Shown here: one piece after another, positions 25,489 to 35,657 of the stretch
Layout: every line of letters starts with the position of its first letter
Position numbering within the stretch: position 1 is the first letter of the stretch
DNA from: Squalus acanthias
Taxonomy: Eukaryota
Length of the DNA: 64,000 bases
NCBI GenBank assembly: GCA_030390025.1
Contig: CM059432.1
Span: forward strand, 113,648,001-113,712,000
Direction of reading: 5' to 3'
Program-made: the position numbers and the translations under genes
The notes under the pieces: generated by a model
The model's database searches: none
The model's input: only the letters and a program-made list of their open reading frames with translations
What the model was told of the DNA's origin: nothing

Positions 25489-26381
25489 GGGGTAGAAATT
25501 AGGTCGCGCCCCATTTGGGGCGCAAATATCGTCTGGACGCAAATATTAGCGCCTGGCGCTAATTATCGGCACTGACAGGAAACTTCACTTTTACCGCCCC
25601 GGGAGGTGAGTGGAGCGCTAAAGCAGGCGCTGCACACCTGTCTTAAGGCGCAAAGGCCAAGGAGTGAGGCGCTAACTCAGAGCGCTGGCGAAGCTCATGT
25701 AATGTCAGTCAGCAATGAAACACACACACAAAGGCACGGGCCAGTTCTTAAAGGGGATGGTTAATCTTGCTTTCCATCCACATCCTGTTCATTGCAGCCT
25801 TGAATCTCAGCCTGGAGAGACTTGCACATCAAATGTGCTGGAAAGAACAATGGAGAGTAACAGGCAAAGAGCTCAGAGTGCAGCTCCCACAGTCTCTGCT
25901 AAATCGATACAAGGAATGGCAAATCAAAATGAACCTGCAAAGTGCTGCTCAGTACCCAAAACTTCTTCCCACAACGTTGAATCTCTCCAGAAGTCTATCC
26001 CTCTCTCTCTCAGAATGCGTAGTTCAAAAATGCCACCAACAATAAAAGACAGGAAGAGGCCCCCTTTAAATAGCGCCCCCCCCAGCCCCACAGCGATTGA
26101 TAGCGTTCCAGTCTTCTGGTCGTTGGATGCGCCAGGCGGTAAGGCAGGGGGCGCCACTCAATTTCCGCTCCGGGGCGCCACAAGGGCGTTGCACCATGGA
26201 ATGACGTCACAATCTGCGCGCGCAGGTGGTCGCAGCGGTAAGTTTTAGCGCCGCCGCACAATCTCAAGTTAAGTTCTCGAGCGGCGCAAACATCGCTGCG
26301 CACGGGCGTTAGCAGCTTTGCGCCCCATTAGCGCCCTCTTAAGGCGCTAACGGGAGGCGCAACCAAGTGAATTTTTACCCC
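25489..26381 (-). mobile_element. Non-autonomous Harbinger derivative (893-bp MITE) nested in inverted orientation inside the autonomous element
   Basis: Starts GGGGTAGAAATT (reverse complement of host right end), ends AATTTTTACCCC (reverse complement of host left end); TSD CAG (25486-25488, 26382-26384). Confidence 0.93.
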
Positions 26382-26789
26382 CAGGTCTCTCCAGGCTGAG
26401 ATTCAAGGCTGCAATGAGCAGGGTGTGGCTGGGGAGCAAGTGCCCCCCCCCGCTTTAAGAAGTGTCCGGCGCCATTGTGTCTGTGTTCCCTCGCTAACTG
26501 GCAGCAGCTGCGCTGCGCTCGTGCGCTGAGTTAGCGCCTCACTCCTTGGCCTTTGCGCCTTAAGAGAGGTGTGCAGCGCCTAATTTAGCGCTCCACTCAC
26601 CTCCCGGGGCGGTAAAAGTGAAGTTTCCTGTCAGTGCCGATAATTAGCGCCAGGCGCTAATATTTGCGTCCGGACGATATTTGCGCCCCAAATGGGGCGC
26701 GACCTAATTTCTACCCCATAGAGTTATACAGCACGGAGAGAGGCCCTTCGGCCCATCGTGTCCGCGCCGGCCATCAAGCCCTGTCTAAT

Positions 26790-29721
26790 CTAATCCCATA
26801 TTCCAGCATTTGGTCCAAAGCCTTGTATGCTATGGCATTTCAAGTGCTCATCCAAATGCTTCTTGAATGTTGTGAGGGTTCCTGCCTCCACAACCCTTTC
26901 AGGCAGTGAGTTCCAGACTCCAACCACCCTCTGGGTGAAAAAGTTCTTTCTCAAATCCCTTCTAAACCTCCCGCCCTTTACCTTGAATCTATGCCCCCTT
27001 GTTATAGACCCCTCTACTAAGGGAAAAAGCTCCTTAGTATCCATCCTATCTATGCCCCTCATAATTTTGTACACCTCAATCATGTCCCCCCTCAGCCTCC
27101 TCTGCTCCAAGGAAAACAAACCCAATCTGCTCAGTCTCTCTTCATAGCTGAAGCACTCCAGCCCGGGTAACATTCTGGTGAATCTCCTCTGCACCCTCTC
27201 CAAAGCGATCACATCCTTCCTGTAGTGTGGCGACCAGAACTGCACACAGTATTCCAGATGTGGCCTAACCAGTGTTTTATACAGCTCCATCATAACCTCC
27301 TTGCTCTTATATTCTATGCCTCGGCTAATGAATGCAAGTATCCCATATGCCTTTTTTACCACCTTATCCACCTGTTCCGCCGCCTTCAGGGATCTGTGTA
27401 CTTGCACACCAAGATCCCTCTGACCCTCCGTCTTGCCTAGGGTCTTACCATTCATTGTGTATTCCCTTGCCTTGTTAGTCCCTCCAAAGTGCATCACCTC
27501 GCACTTTTCCGGATTAAATTCCATTTGCCACTGTTCCGCCCATCTGACCAACCCATCTATATCGTCCTGCAGACTGAGGCTACCCTCCTCGCTATTTACC
27601 ACCCTACCAATTTTTGTATCATCTGCGAACTTACTGATCATACCTTTTACATTCATATCCAAGTCGTTAATGTAGACCACAAACAGCAAGGGACCCAGCA
27701 CCGATCCCTGTGGTACCCCACTGGCCACAGGCTTCCAGTCACAAAAACAACCTTCGACCATCACCCTCTGCCTTCTGCCACTGAGCCAGTTTTGTATCCA
27801 ATGTGCCAAGGCACCCTGGATTCCATGGGCTCTTACCTTCTTGACCAGTCTCCTGTGCGGGACTTTATCGAAGGCCTTACTGAAATCCATGTATACCACA
27901 TCCACTGCGTTACCCTCATCCACACACCTAGTCACCCCCTCAAAAAATTCAATCAAATTAGTCAGACATGATCTTCCCTTGACAAAGCCATGTTGGCTAA
28001 CCCTGATTAATCCTTGCCTCTCCAAGTGGAGACTAATTTTGTCCCTCAGAATTTTTTCCAATAATTTTCCTACCACTGATGTTAGGCTCACTGGCCTGTA
28101 GTTCCCCGGTTTTTCCCTACTCCCTTTCTTGAATAATGGTACTACATTAGCGGTTCTCCAGTCCTCTGGCACATCCCCTGTGGCCAGAGAGGTTCTGAAT
28201 ATATGTGTTAGAGCCCCCGCAATCTCCTCCTTTGCCTCACACAGCAGCCTGGGATACATTTCGTCCGGACCTGGGGATTTATCCATTTTTAGACCTGCTA
28301 AAACCGCCAATACCTCCTCCCTCTCGATGTTAAAATGTTCTTAGTATATCACAGTCCCCCTGCCCTAATTTTATGTCTGCATCGTCCTTCTCCATAGTGA
28401 AAACAGATGCAAAAAATTCATTTAGAACCCCACCTACATCTTTCGGCTCCACACACAGATTGCCACTTTTGTCCCTAATGGGCCCTATTTTTTCCCTAGT
28501 TATCCTCTTACCCTTAATATACTTATAAAATATCTTAGGATTTTCCTTTATTTTGCTCGCCAGTGTTATTTCATGGCCCCTCCTTGATCTCCTAATTTCT
28601 TTTTTAAGTACCCCCCTGCACTTTTTGTACTCCTCTAGGGCTTCCTCCGTCTTTAGCATTTTGTATCTGCCAAAAGCCCTCCTTTTTTTCCTGATCCATT
28701 CTCGTATATCCCCTGACATCCAAGGTTCCCTGCGGTCTTTGGAACCACCCTTGACCTTTACGGGAACATGCTGCCATTGTATGATCTCAATCTCCCTTCT
28801 GAAAGAATCCCATTGCTCCGATGCGGATTTTCCTACAAGCAGCTGATCCCAGTCCCTTTTGGCCAGATCCTGCCTTATCTTATTAAAATCGGCCTTCCCC
28901 CAATTTAGAACCTTTATTTCCAGCCCATCCCTGTCCTTTTCCATGACCACCTTAAATCTCACCGTATTATGGTCACTGTCACCAAAGTGCTCACCTACTA
29001 GCACTTCTTCCACTTGGCCGGCTACATTCCCTAGAATTAGGTCCAGTACCGCCCCCTCCCTTGTAGGACTTTCTACATGCTGGCTCAAAAAGCTCTCCTG
29101 GATGCACTTTAAGAATTTTGAACCCTCTAAGCCTTTCACACTCTGACTATCCCAGTTAATATTGGGGAAGTTGAAATCCCCCATTATTATTACCCTATTA
29201 TTTGCACATTTCTCTGAGATTTGCCTACATATCTGTTCCTCTATCTCCCCCTGACTGTTTGGGGGCCTATAGTACGCTCCCAGCAAAGTGCTTCCCCCAT
29301 TTTTGTTTTTAAGCTCCACCCATATAGCCTCATTGGAGGAACCTGCTAATATATCATCCCTCCTTATGGCAGTAATTGATTCCTTAATTAATATTGCGAC
29401 ACCCCCTCCTCTTATACCTCCCCCTCTGTCTCGCCTGAAGATTCTGTACCCCGGAATATTGAGCTGCCAGTCTTGCCCCTCCCTCAACCATGTCTCCGTG
29501 ATAGCAACAATATCATACTCCCATGTGTTTATCAACACCGTCAGTTCATCCACCTTATTCGCTAGACTCCTTGCATTAAAATAGATGCCTTCCAGCCTTG
29601 CTCTTACATGTTTGCCCTGTCTTCCAAGCTGACTTGCTTTTTTCTCTATATTTGACTGTACATCACCCCCTATTGTAGCTTCACTCTGTATCCCATCCCC
29701 CTGCCAAGTTAGTTTAAACAC
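26790..29721 (-). pseudogene. CR1 ORF2 (APE endonuclease + RT) with a single +1 frameshift near 28341
   Basis: YFNARSL, ITETWL, YYRPP, MGDFN, LDLIL, SDHN in 28330-29721; RT motifs in 26790-28310; removing one A restores DILEHFNIEREEVLAVL. Confidence 0.9.
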
Positions 29722-29870
29722 CCCCCAACAGTGCTAGCAAACCTCCCTGCAAGGATATTTGTCCCGCTCTGGTTCAGGTGCAAACCGTCCGACTTGTACA
29801 AGTCCCACCTTCCCCAGAAGCAGGCCCAGTGATCCACGAAACTAAAACCCTCCCTCCTGCACCAACTCTT
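29709..29870 (-). CDS. CR1 ORF1 C-terminal fragment (SGNH esterase-like)
   Basis: Manual translation KSWCRREGFSFVDHWACFWGRWDLYKSDGLHLNQSGTNILAGRFASTVGGCLN*, with DGLH motif. Confidence 0.8.
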   Translation of the reverse strand, partial: KSWCRREGFSFVDHWACFWGRWDLYKSDGLHLNQSGTNILAGRFASTVGGCLN

Positions 29871-29894
29871 TATTTATAAAGGTTTAGTATAACT

Positions 29895-30088
29895 TGTCGT
29901 AAGAATGAGCCTTACGCGTGGTGAACTTAAAGTAAGCTTTAATCAACTAAAAAGGTGCTACATACAAAAGAGGTCTTACTCTATGCCTCTCCAGGATCCA
30001 ACTGATCAGTCCAGTATTTATCCTGGACTAATCACAGGAAGTGATGCAATAAAGTTCGAGTCACAGGAAGCTGTATTGTGTTACCACA
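29895..30088 (-). repeat. Gypsy 3' LTR
   Basis: Direct repeat of 34142-34335; adjacent to PPT at 30089-30100. Confidence 0.97.
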
Positions 30089-31411
30089 TTCTCCCCCCCC
30101 AAAAGATTAGGAGGCCGGGATGCTCCCTCCATTTCGTAGCCGCTGGACGAGGGAGAGCCGCACTCGTTTGGGTTCTCGTAGCGGTAGAGGGCCCCTAGCC
30201 CGTTTACCGCCGCGGGCCGTGGACCAGAGTCCGAGTGATCCAGCCCGCTCTGTGAGGGGTCAGGACGATCCTGACTGTGTACTGGTGCCCGAACGGGTGT
30301 CGGGCAGGGCTGTGGCAGATCCGTTTCCGAGCGTACGGTACGGGGTGGATCGTGGCTGCGCGTGCGAGCCCCGACGGGCTCATAGTCAGTCTGCCCCAGG
30401 TTGGCACGCTGGAGTGAGGTACCAGCCGGCGTCAGATCCAGATCGTGATGAGAGGCACCTGGCGAGCCCAGAGATGTGCCTGGTACAATATCATCCCCTG
30501 GTGTCCCTCTATGTTTCGGCGGGCAGGGAGCCAGATCCCGCAATGACACGGTAGATTCCTGACCGTCAGGATACCGAATATAGGCGTAGGTAGGGTTGAC
30601 GTCAGTGAGCTCAACTTCATCTACCAGGGGGTCATTCTTAGACGCCCGGACATATCTTCGGAGTAGCCACTGGTCCCGGTGTAGTCAGCCACGACGGGAG
30701 AGATATCCCATAGGATGAGCGACGCTGAAATCGGAAGAACCGTTCATGAGGCGTCGTATTTGTGGCGGTCGAAAGGAGGGACCGTGTGGAGTGTAATGCG
30801 TCTGGAAGTACTGCTTCCCATTGCTGGTTGGGTAGGCCCCGAGATCTCAAAGCCAGACGTACCGCATTCCAGATGATAGCGTTAAAACGCTCGACTTGCC
30901 CATTCCCGACCGGATGATAAGGCGTCGTTCTGCTGGCAGCAATACCCCGTTCCGAGAGATAGGCCTTGAGTTCTCCTGACATAAAAGAAGGGCCCCGATC
31001 CGAATGAACATAGGATGCCATGCCACAGAAAGCAAATACCTGCTCAAGGCAGCTGATAACCGTGGTCATCAGCATATTGGGGCAGGGAAAGGCAAACGGA
31101 AAACGGGAATACTCATCGACCATGGTCAACAGATAAGTGTTGCGAGTTGAAGAGGGCAACGGCCCCTTAAAATCGATGCTAAGCCGTTGCATTGGCTGGG
31201 TCGCATGTATGAGTATACCACCTGAGGGGCGGAAAAACTGAGGTTTCAATTCCGCACAGACTCTGCAGTCCGAGCACATCTTCTTTACATCCCCGATAGA
31301 GAATGGGAGATTTCGGGACCGCACGAAGTGTAGCATGCGAGTAACGCCCGGATGACACAACCCATCATGGATGTCTACGAGCGTAGAGGGTGCCATGGCG
31401 GAGCAGAATGC
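30061..31411 (-). pseudogene. Gypsy integrase region (continuation of pol), +1 frameshift near 30667
   Basis: HHCC (H..LCHPG..CRVC), SIDFKGP, VDEYSRFPFA, HSDRG, GNGQVERFN; deleting one G gives PGPVLLRRYVRASKNDPLVDEVEL...VSLRDLAP. Confidence 0.9.
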
Positions 31412-34063
31412 TCATGTGAGGGTATCCGGAGCCACATTCTCCTTGCCAGGTCGATAGTGGATGGTGTAACCAAAAGAGGCCAATTGCAGCCGCCAAAGCT
31501 GGATTTTATTATTTTTAATTTTGGTCCGTTTTCGATTATCGAGCATGAAGGCGACCGATCGCTGGTCCGTGATTAAGGTAAAGTGCTGGCGAGCTAGGAG
31601 ATGACTCCACTTCCGTACTGCCTCTATGATGGCTGTAGCTTCTTTCTCGACTGGAGGATAATGTAGCTCAGCCCCTTGAAAGGTCCTGGACAAAAATGCC
31701 ACCGGACGACCTTCCTGATTCAGAGTGGCCGAGATCGCCACCTCCGAGGCATCACACTCAACAACAAAAGGAAGACTCTCATCGATGGAGTGAAGAGCCG
31801 CTTTCTCCAACTGTTTTTTCAGGAGGTTAAAGGCTGCAACCGCCGCTGTGTCTAGTGGGAATGTGCTGGCCTTCAGTAGAGGTTGGATTTTGTCCGAGAA
31901 GTTAGGAATCCATTTAGCATAGTATGCAAACAGGCCGAGGGCCCGGCGCAAGGAGGCCGGATTCTTAGGTGGCGGGAGTTCTTGGAGTGGGCGAAGCCTT
32001 TCAGGGTCAGGTTTAATGATGCCATTGCCCACACAATAGCCAAGGATGTTGATGGTTGGTTGTGACTCAATGGATTTAGCCGCATTTAATGTCAAATTAC
32101 GGTGCTGGAGTGCATCCCAAAATCGTTGGAGATTGGCGTCATGTTCCCGCTGATTGCGACCTGCGACAGTAATATTGTCCAGATAAGGAAACGTATCCTT
32201 CAAGTCTTCCTGTTTGACCAGGTCATCCATTGCTCGATGGAAGACAGCCACTCCATTAGTGACCCCAAAGGGGAGGCGACGAAATTGATACAGCCGTCCA
32301 TTGGCTTCAAAGGCCGTATACTGCTTGTCTGAGACCTTCAAGGGTACCTGATGATAGGCACTTTTCAGATCATATGTTGAGAACACCGTGTACTCAGCCA
32401 GTTTATTAACCACATCATCGATGCGCGGCAATGGGTATGCGTCCAAGTCCGTATATTGATTGATGGTCTGTGAATAGTCAATGCACAGCCGTTTCTTGTG
32501 AGGTTGTAGAGGGTTCTTAACAATAACGACCTGGGCGCGCCATGGCGACGAACAAGGCTCGATGATATCCTCTGCTAAAAGCCGAGAAATCTCAGCCGCA
32601 ATAAAAGACTGGTCTTCCTGACTGAAACGTCGTGACTTTGTTATAATCGGTTTGCATCGAGGAGGGATACTGGTAAACAGTGAGGGTTCATCCAGTGAAG
32701 CTGCTGACAATGCACAGAACGGTAATCGAGGTCGTATATTAGAAATAGTGAGTTCAGGTTTGGATCCGCCGAACTCAATGGTGAGCTTCTTATGCTGCTT
32801 TTGAAAATCCAGCCCTAAGATAAGATCACTACATAAATCCTTGAGCACCGAAAGCCGGGTGGAGGGATACCTGTGACCATTAAGTGTTATTTCAACCATA
32901 CAAAAGCCAGAAATTCTGGTATTAAGTGATGACTGAGCCATCGCAACTGCCTGGTCCGATGGGAAAACATGTAGCTTTAACTCTGCAACAATCTGTTCCC
33001 TAATGAAACTATCAGTGCTACCTGAGTCAATTAAGGCATCTAAAGTATGTCCATTAATTGATGCTTTTGTAGCTGCATGGAATAGGTTCTGAGGACAAGC
33101 AACTGTAATTGGTGTCGTTGCACAAAGAGTGGCTGAAACTCTAGGTGTGTTTCTTCGAGAGGAAACCCGAGAGGAAGCACGATAGATGTTAGCCGGAACA
33201 TCTTGATAGGCCCTTACCGGGGCAGTTCGGTAGGACTTAGCTTGATAAGCCCTCGTAGAGGCTCTTGATAGGCAAACCTTTGCAAAATGACCCTTTTTGT
33301 TGCAATGACTGCAGAACGCATTGCGAGCAGGGCAGAATTTCCGAGGGTGAAACTCATCACCACAAAAGAAGCATTTCTTAGATTGCCAAGAGGCTGCCAC
33401 AGTGGGGTCATCATCCTCTTCATCAGTGAAGTCATCAGATTGATCGTCAGGGATAAAGACCTCCCTAATAGAGTTCACCTGTGGCCTCTTAAATTGCCTG
33501 ACTGTAGTTAAGGCAGTAGACTGAGGTCTGGGCACTGTATAAAGGTCTGCATTTCTTTTTGCCAGATCTAGAGAGCAAGCCATGTCATAAGCTCTCTGAA
33601 GCTCAAGTGTCTTACTTTCCAGTAGACGCTGGCGTATAAATGGGGAGGCAAGCCCGCAGATGAAAGCATCACGGATCATTTCTTCACGGTACAGCTCAGC
33701 TGAGGCCGCCTGAAAGTTACAGTCCATACTAAGTCTGCGAAGCTCTTGGAGGAATTTATCAATGGATTCCTCTGGCCCTTGTTGGGCTGTAGCTAGTAGA
33801 TGTCTGGCATAGACCTCATTCGGTGTCTTAGTATATAGTCTTTTAAGCGTCCGAATTGCCTCCTCGTAACTGTCCCATTCCTCCACATACTGAAATACAT
33901 TCGGGGTGACACAGTTGATGAGTATCCGCAACTTTGAGTCATCATCAGCCTTGCAATATTCCAGAAAATTGTCAAACGTGCGATACCAGTGTTTCCACAC
34001 CTTACCGGCTGCTGGGGTGTTTGGGTCCAAGTCAAGACGCGATGGTTTAAGGATGTTTTCCAT
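31412..34063 (-). CDS. Gypsy gag-pol polyprotein (Gag with two CCHC knuckles, protease, RT, RNase H), ends at premature TGA
   Basis: CFFCGDEFHPRKFC, CSHCNKKGHFAKVC, LIDSGS, RLCIDY, DLKSAYHQ, LPFG, YLDN, ECDAS, TDQRS, YRPGKENV. Confidence 0.93.
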   Translation of the reverse strand: MENILKPSRLDLDPNTPAAGKVWKHWYRTFDNFLEYCKADDDSKLRILINCVTPNVFQYVEEWDSYEEAIRTLKRLYTKTPNEVYARHLLATAQQGPEESIDKFLQELRRLSMDCNFQAASAELYREEMIRDAFICGLASPFIRQRLLESKTLELQRAYDMACSLDLAKRNADLYTVPRPQSTALTTVRQFKRPQVNSIREVFIPDDQSDDFTDEEDDDPTVAASWQSKKCFFCGDEFHPRKFCPARNAFCSHCNKKGHFAKVCLSRASTRAYQAKSYRTAPVRAYQDVPANIYRASSRVSSRRNTPRVSATLCATTPITVACPQNLFHAATKASINGHTLDALIDSGSTDSFIREQIVAELKLHVFPSDQAVAMAQSSLNTRISGFCMVEITLNGHRYPSTRLSVLKDLCSDLILGLDFQKQHKKLTIEFGGSKPELTISNIRPRLPFCALSAASLDEPSLFTSIPPRCKPIITKSRRFSQEDQSFIAAEISRLLAEDIIEPCSSPWRAQVVIVKNPLQPHKKRLCIDYSQTINQYTDLDAYPLPRIDDVVNKLAEYTVFSTYDLKSAYHQVPLKVSDKQYTAFEANGRLYQFRRLPFGVTNGVAVFHRAMDDLVKQEDLKDTFPYLDNITVAGRNQREHDANLQRFWDALQHRNLTLNAAKSIESQPTINILGYCVGNGIIKPDPERLRPLQELPPPKNPASLRRALGLFAYYAKWIPNFSDKIQPLLKASTFPLDTAAVAAFNLLKKQLEKAALHSIDESLPFVVECDASEVAISATLNQEGRPVAFLSRTFQGAELHYPPVEKEATAIIEAVRKWSHLLARQHFTLITDQRSVAFMLDNRKRTKIKNNKIQLWRLQLASFGYTIHYRPGKENVAPDTLT

Positions 34064-34141
34064 GATGGGTGATTCCCTGGATCCTTAGTTCCGAGTTCGT
34101 CCAAAAAGTTTGAGTGCAAAGTTTTCCAAAGTTGATTAAAT

Positions 34142-34335
34142 TGTCGTAAGAATGAGCCTTATGCGTGGTGAACTTAAAGTAAGCTTTAATCAACTAAAAA
34201 GGTGCTACATACAAAAGAGGTCTTACTCTATGCCTCTCCAGGATCCAACTGATCAGTCCAGTATTTATCCTGGACTAATCACAGGAAGTGATGCAATAAA
34301 GTTCGAGTCACAGGAAGCTGTATTGTGTTACCACA
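34142..34335 (-). repeat. Gypsy 5' LTR
   Basis: Direct repeat of 29895-30088; lies upstream of gag on - strand; ATTAAA poly(A)-like signal. Confidence 0.97.
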
Positions 34336-35335
34336 TAACTCCCTTGCTTTTGTACTCTATGCCTCTATTTATTAAATTGAGAGGTCGCACAACACCAGGT
34401 TATAGTCCAACAGTTTTATTTGAAATAATTGAAATGATTTCAAATAAAACTGTTGGACTATAACCTGGTGTTGTGCGACCTCTCAATTTTGTCCACCCCA
34501 GTCCAACACCGGCATCTCCGCATCATGACCTCTATTTATTAAACCAAGAATCTTGTAAGCCTTTTTAAGCCTTCTCAACTTGTCCTGCTACCTTCAAAGA
34601 TTTGTGTACATACACCCCCAGGTCTCTCTGTTCCTGCACCCACTTTAGAATTGTACCATTTAGTTTATATTGCCTCTCCTCATTCTCCTCATACCAAAAC
34701 TAATCACTTCACACTTCTCTGCGTTAAATTTCAGCTGCTATGAGTCTGCCCATTTCACCAGTCTGTCTATGTCCTCCTGAAGTTTGCTGCTATCCTTCTC
34801 ACTGTTTGTTATATTTCTGAGTTTTGTGCTTTCGGCAAACTTTGAAATTATGCTCTGTATACACAAGTCCCGGTCATTAATATATATCAAAAAGAGCAGT
34901 GATTCCAACACCGACCCCTGGGGGACACCACTGCACACTCCCCTCTAGTCTGAAAAACAACCGTTCACCACTACTCTCTGCTTTCAGTCCTTTAGCCAAT
35001 TTTGTGTTCTTGCAGCTGTTTAATACCATGGGCTTTAATTTTGCTAACAAGTCTATTACGTGGTATTTTATCAAAGGCCTTTTGAAAGTCCATATATACA
35101 TCTACTGCACTACCGTGATCCACCCTCTCCGTTACTTCATCAAAGAACTCGATCAAGTTAGTCGAACACAATTCGCCTTTCACACATCCGATCTGACTTT
35201 CAATTATTAGCCCATACTTTTCCAAATGCCAATTAATTTTGTCCCGGATTATTGGCTCTGAAAGTTTCCCACCACCGACATTAGGCTGACTGGCCTGTAG
35301 GTGTTGGGCTTATCATTCGTCCCTTTTTTACAATC
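34336..35335 (-). mobile_element. Old CR1 LINE, 5' piece (decayed RT)
   Basis: Fragments GVPQGSVL, YMDFQKAFDK, YRPVSL; collinear with 21067-21717. Confidence 0.85.
34374..34528. mobile_element. Small insertion with perfect 53-bp inverted repeat, Penelope-type terminus
   Basis: Arms 34374-34426 and 34437-34489 are exact reverse complements; 15-bp flanking direct repeat CCTCTATTTATTAAA (34362-34376, 34529-34543); family assignment from recall. Confidence 0.7.
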
Positions 35336-35657
35336 GTGAAAGATTATTTCCACTGGTTCACTCCACATGCAACAGGGAAGTGGCCCAGTGCACTGGACAC
35401 TGCAAATATCCCAGGTAAGGTGCAGAAAACCCATGCATCAGAGCTTGCCGCTCCCCGAGCCAAGCTGCTCCAGTGCAGCCATGACAGTGGCATCCACCCG
35501 TTAATGTGGAGGGTAACCTAGAAAAGCAAGATAGCTCTCACACAACCACGTATAGCCTGCCCTGTCGACCTCCTCCCATTCATCAGTTGAGTGATATAAC
35601 ATAAGATGCTGGAAATCTCAGCAAGTCAGGCAGCATCTGTGGAGAGAGGAGCAGAGT

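Larger units (their letters stand above)
21730..26717 (+). mobile_element. Autonomous-type PIF/Harbinger DNA transposon (4988 bp including nested MITE)
   Basis: Termini GGGGTAAAAATT ... AATTTCTACCCC (12-bp TIR, 1 mismatch); 3-bp TSD ATA (21727-21729, 26718-26720) within a CR1 (CATAGAGT)n tail; convergent transposase and Myb-like genes. Confidence 0.95.
26718..29871 (-). mobile_element. Young CR1 LINE (tail begins at 21718, split by the Harbinger), truncated within ORF1
   Basis: CATAGAGTCATA|GAGTTATACAGCAC tail, full EN+RT ORF2, ORF1 C-terminus. Confidence 0.95.
29895..34335 (-). mobile_element. Full-length Ty3/Gypsy LTR retrotransposon (4441 bp)
   Basis: 194-bp LTRs (29895-30088, 34142-34335), TG...CA, one mismatch between them; 5-bp TSD TAACT; polypurine tract GGGGGGGGAGAA next to 3' LTR; PR-RT-RH-IN order. 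Confidence 0.97.

Noticed and set aside
31412..31414. Programmed stop-codon readthrough between RNase H and integrase
   Set aside because: Position normally encodes Arg; CGA>TGA decay is simpler and a second lesion exists downstream
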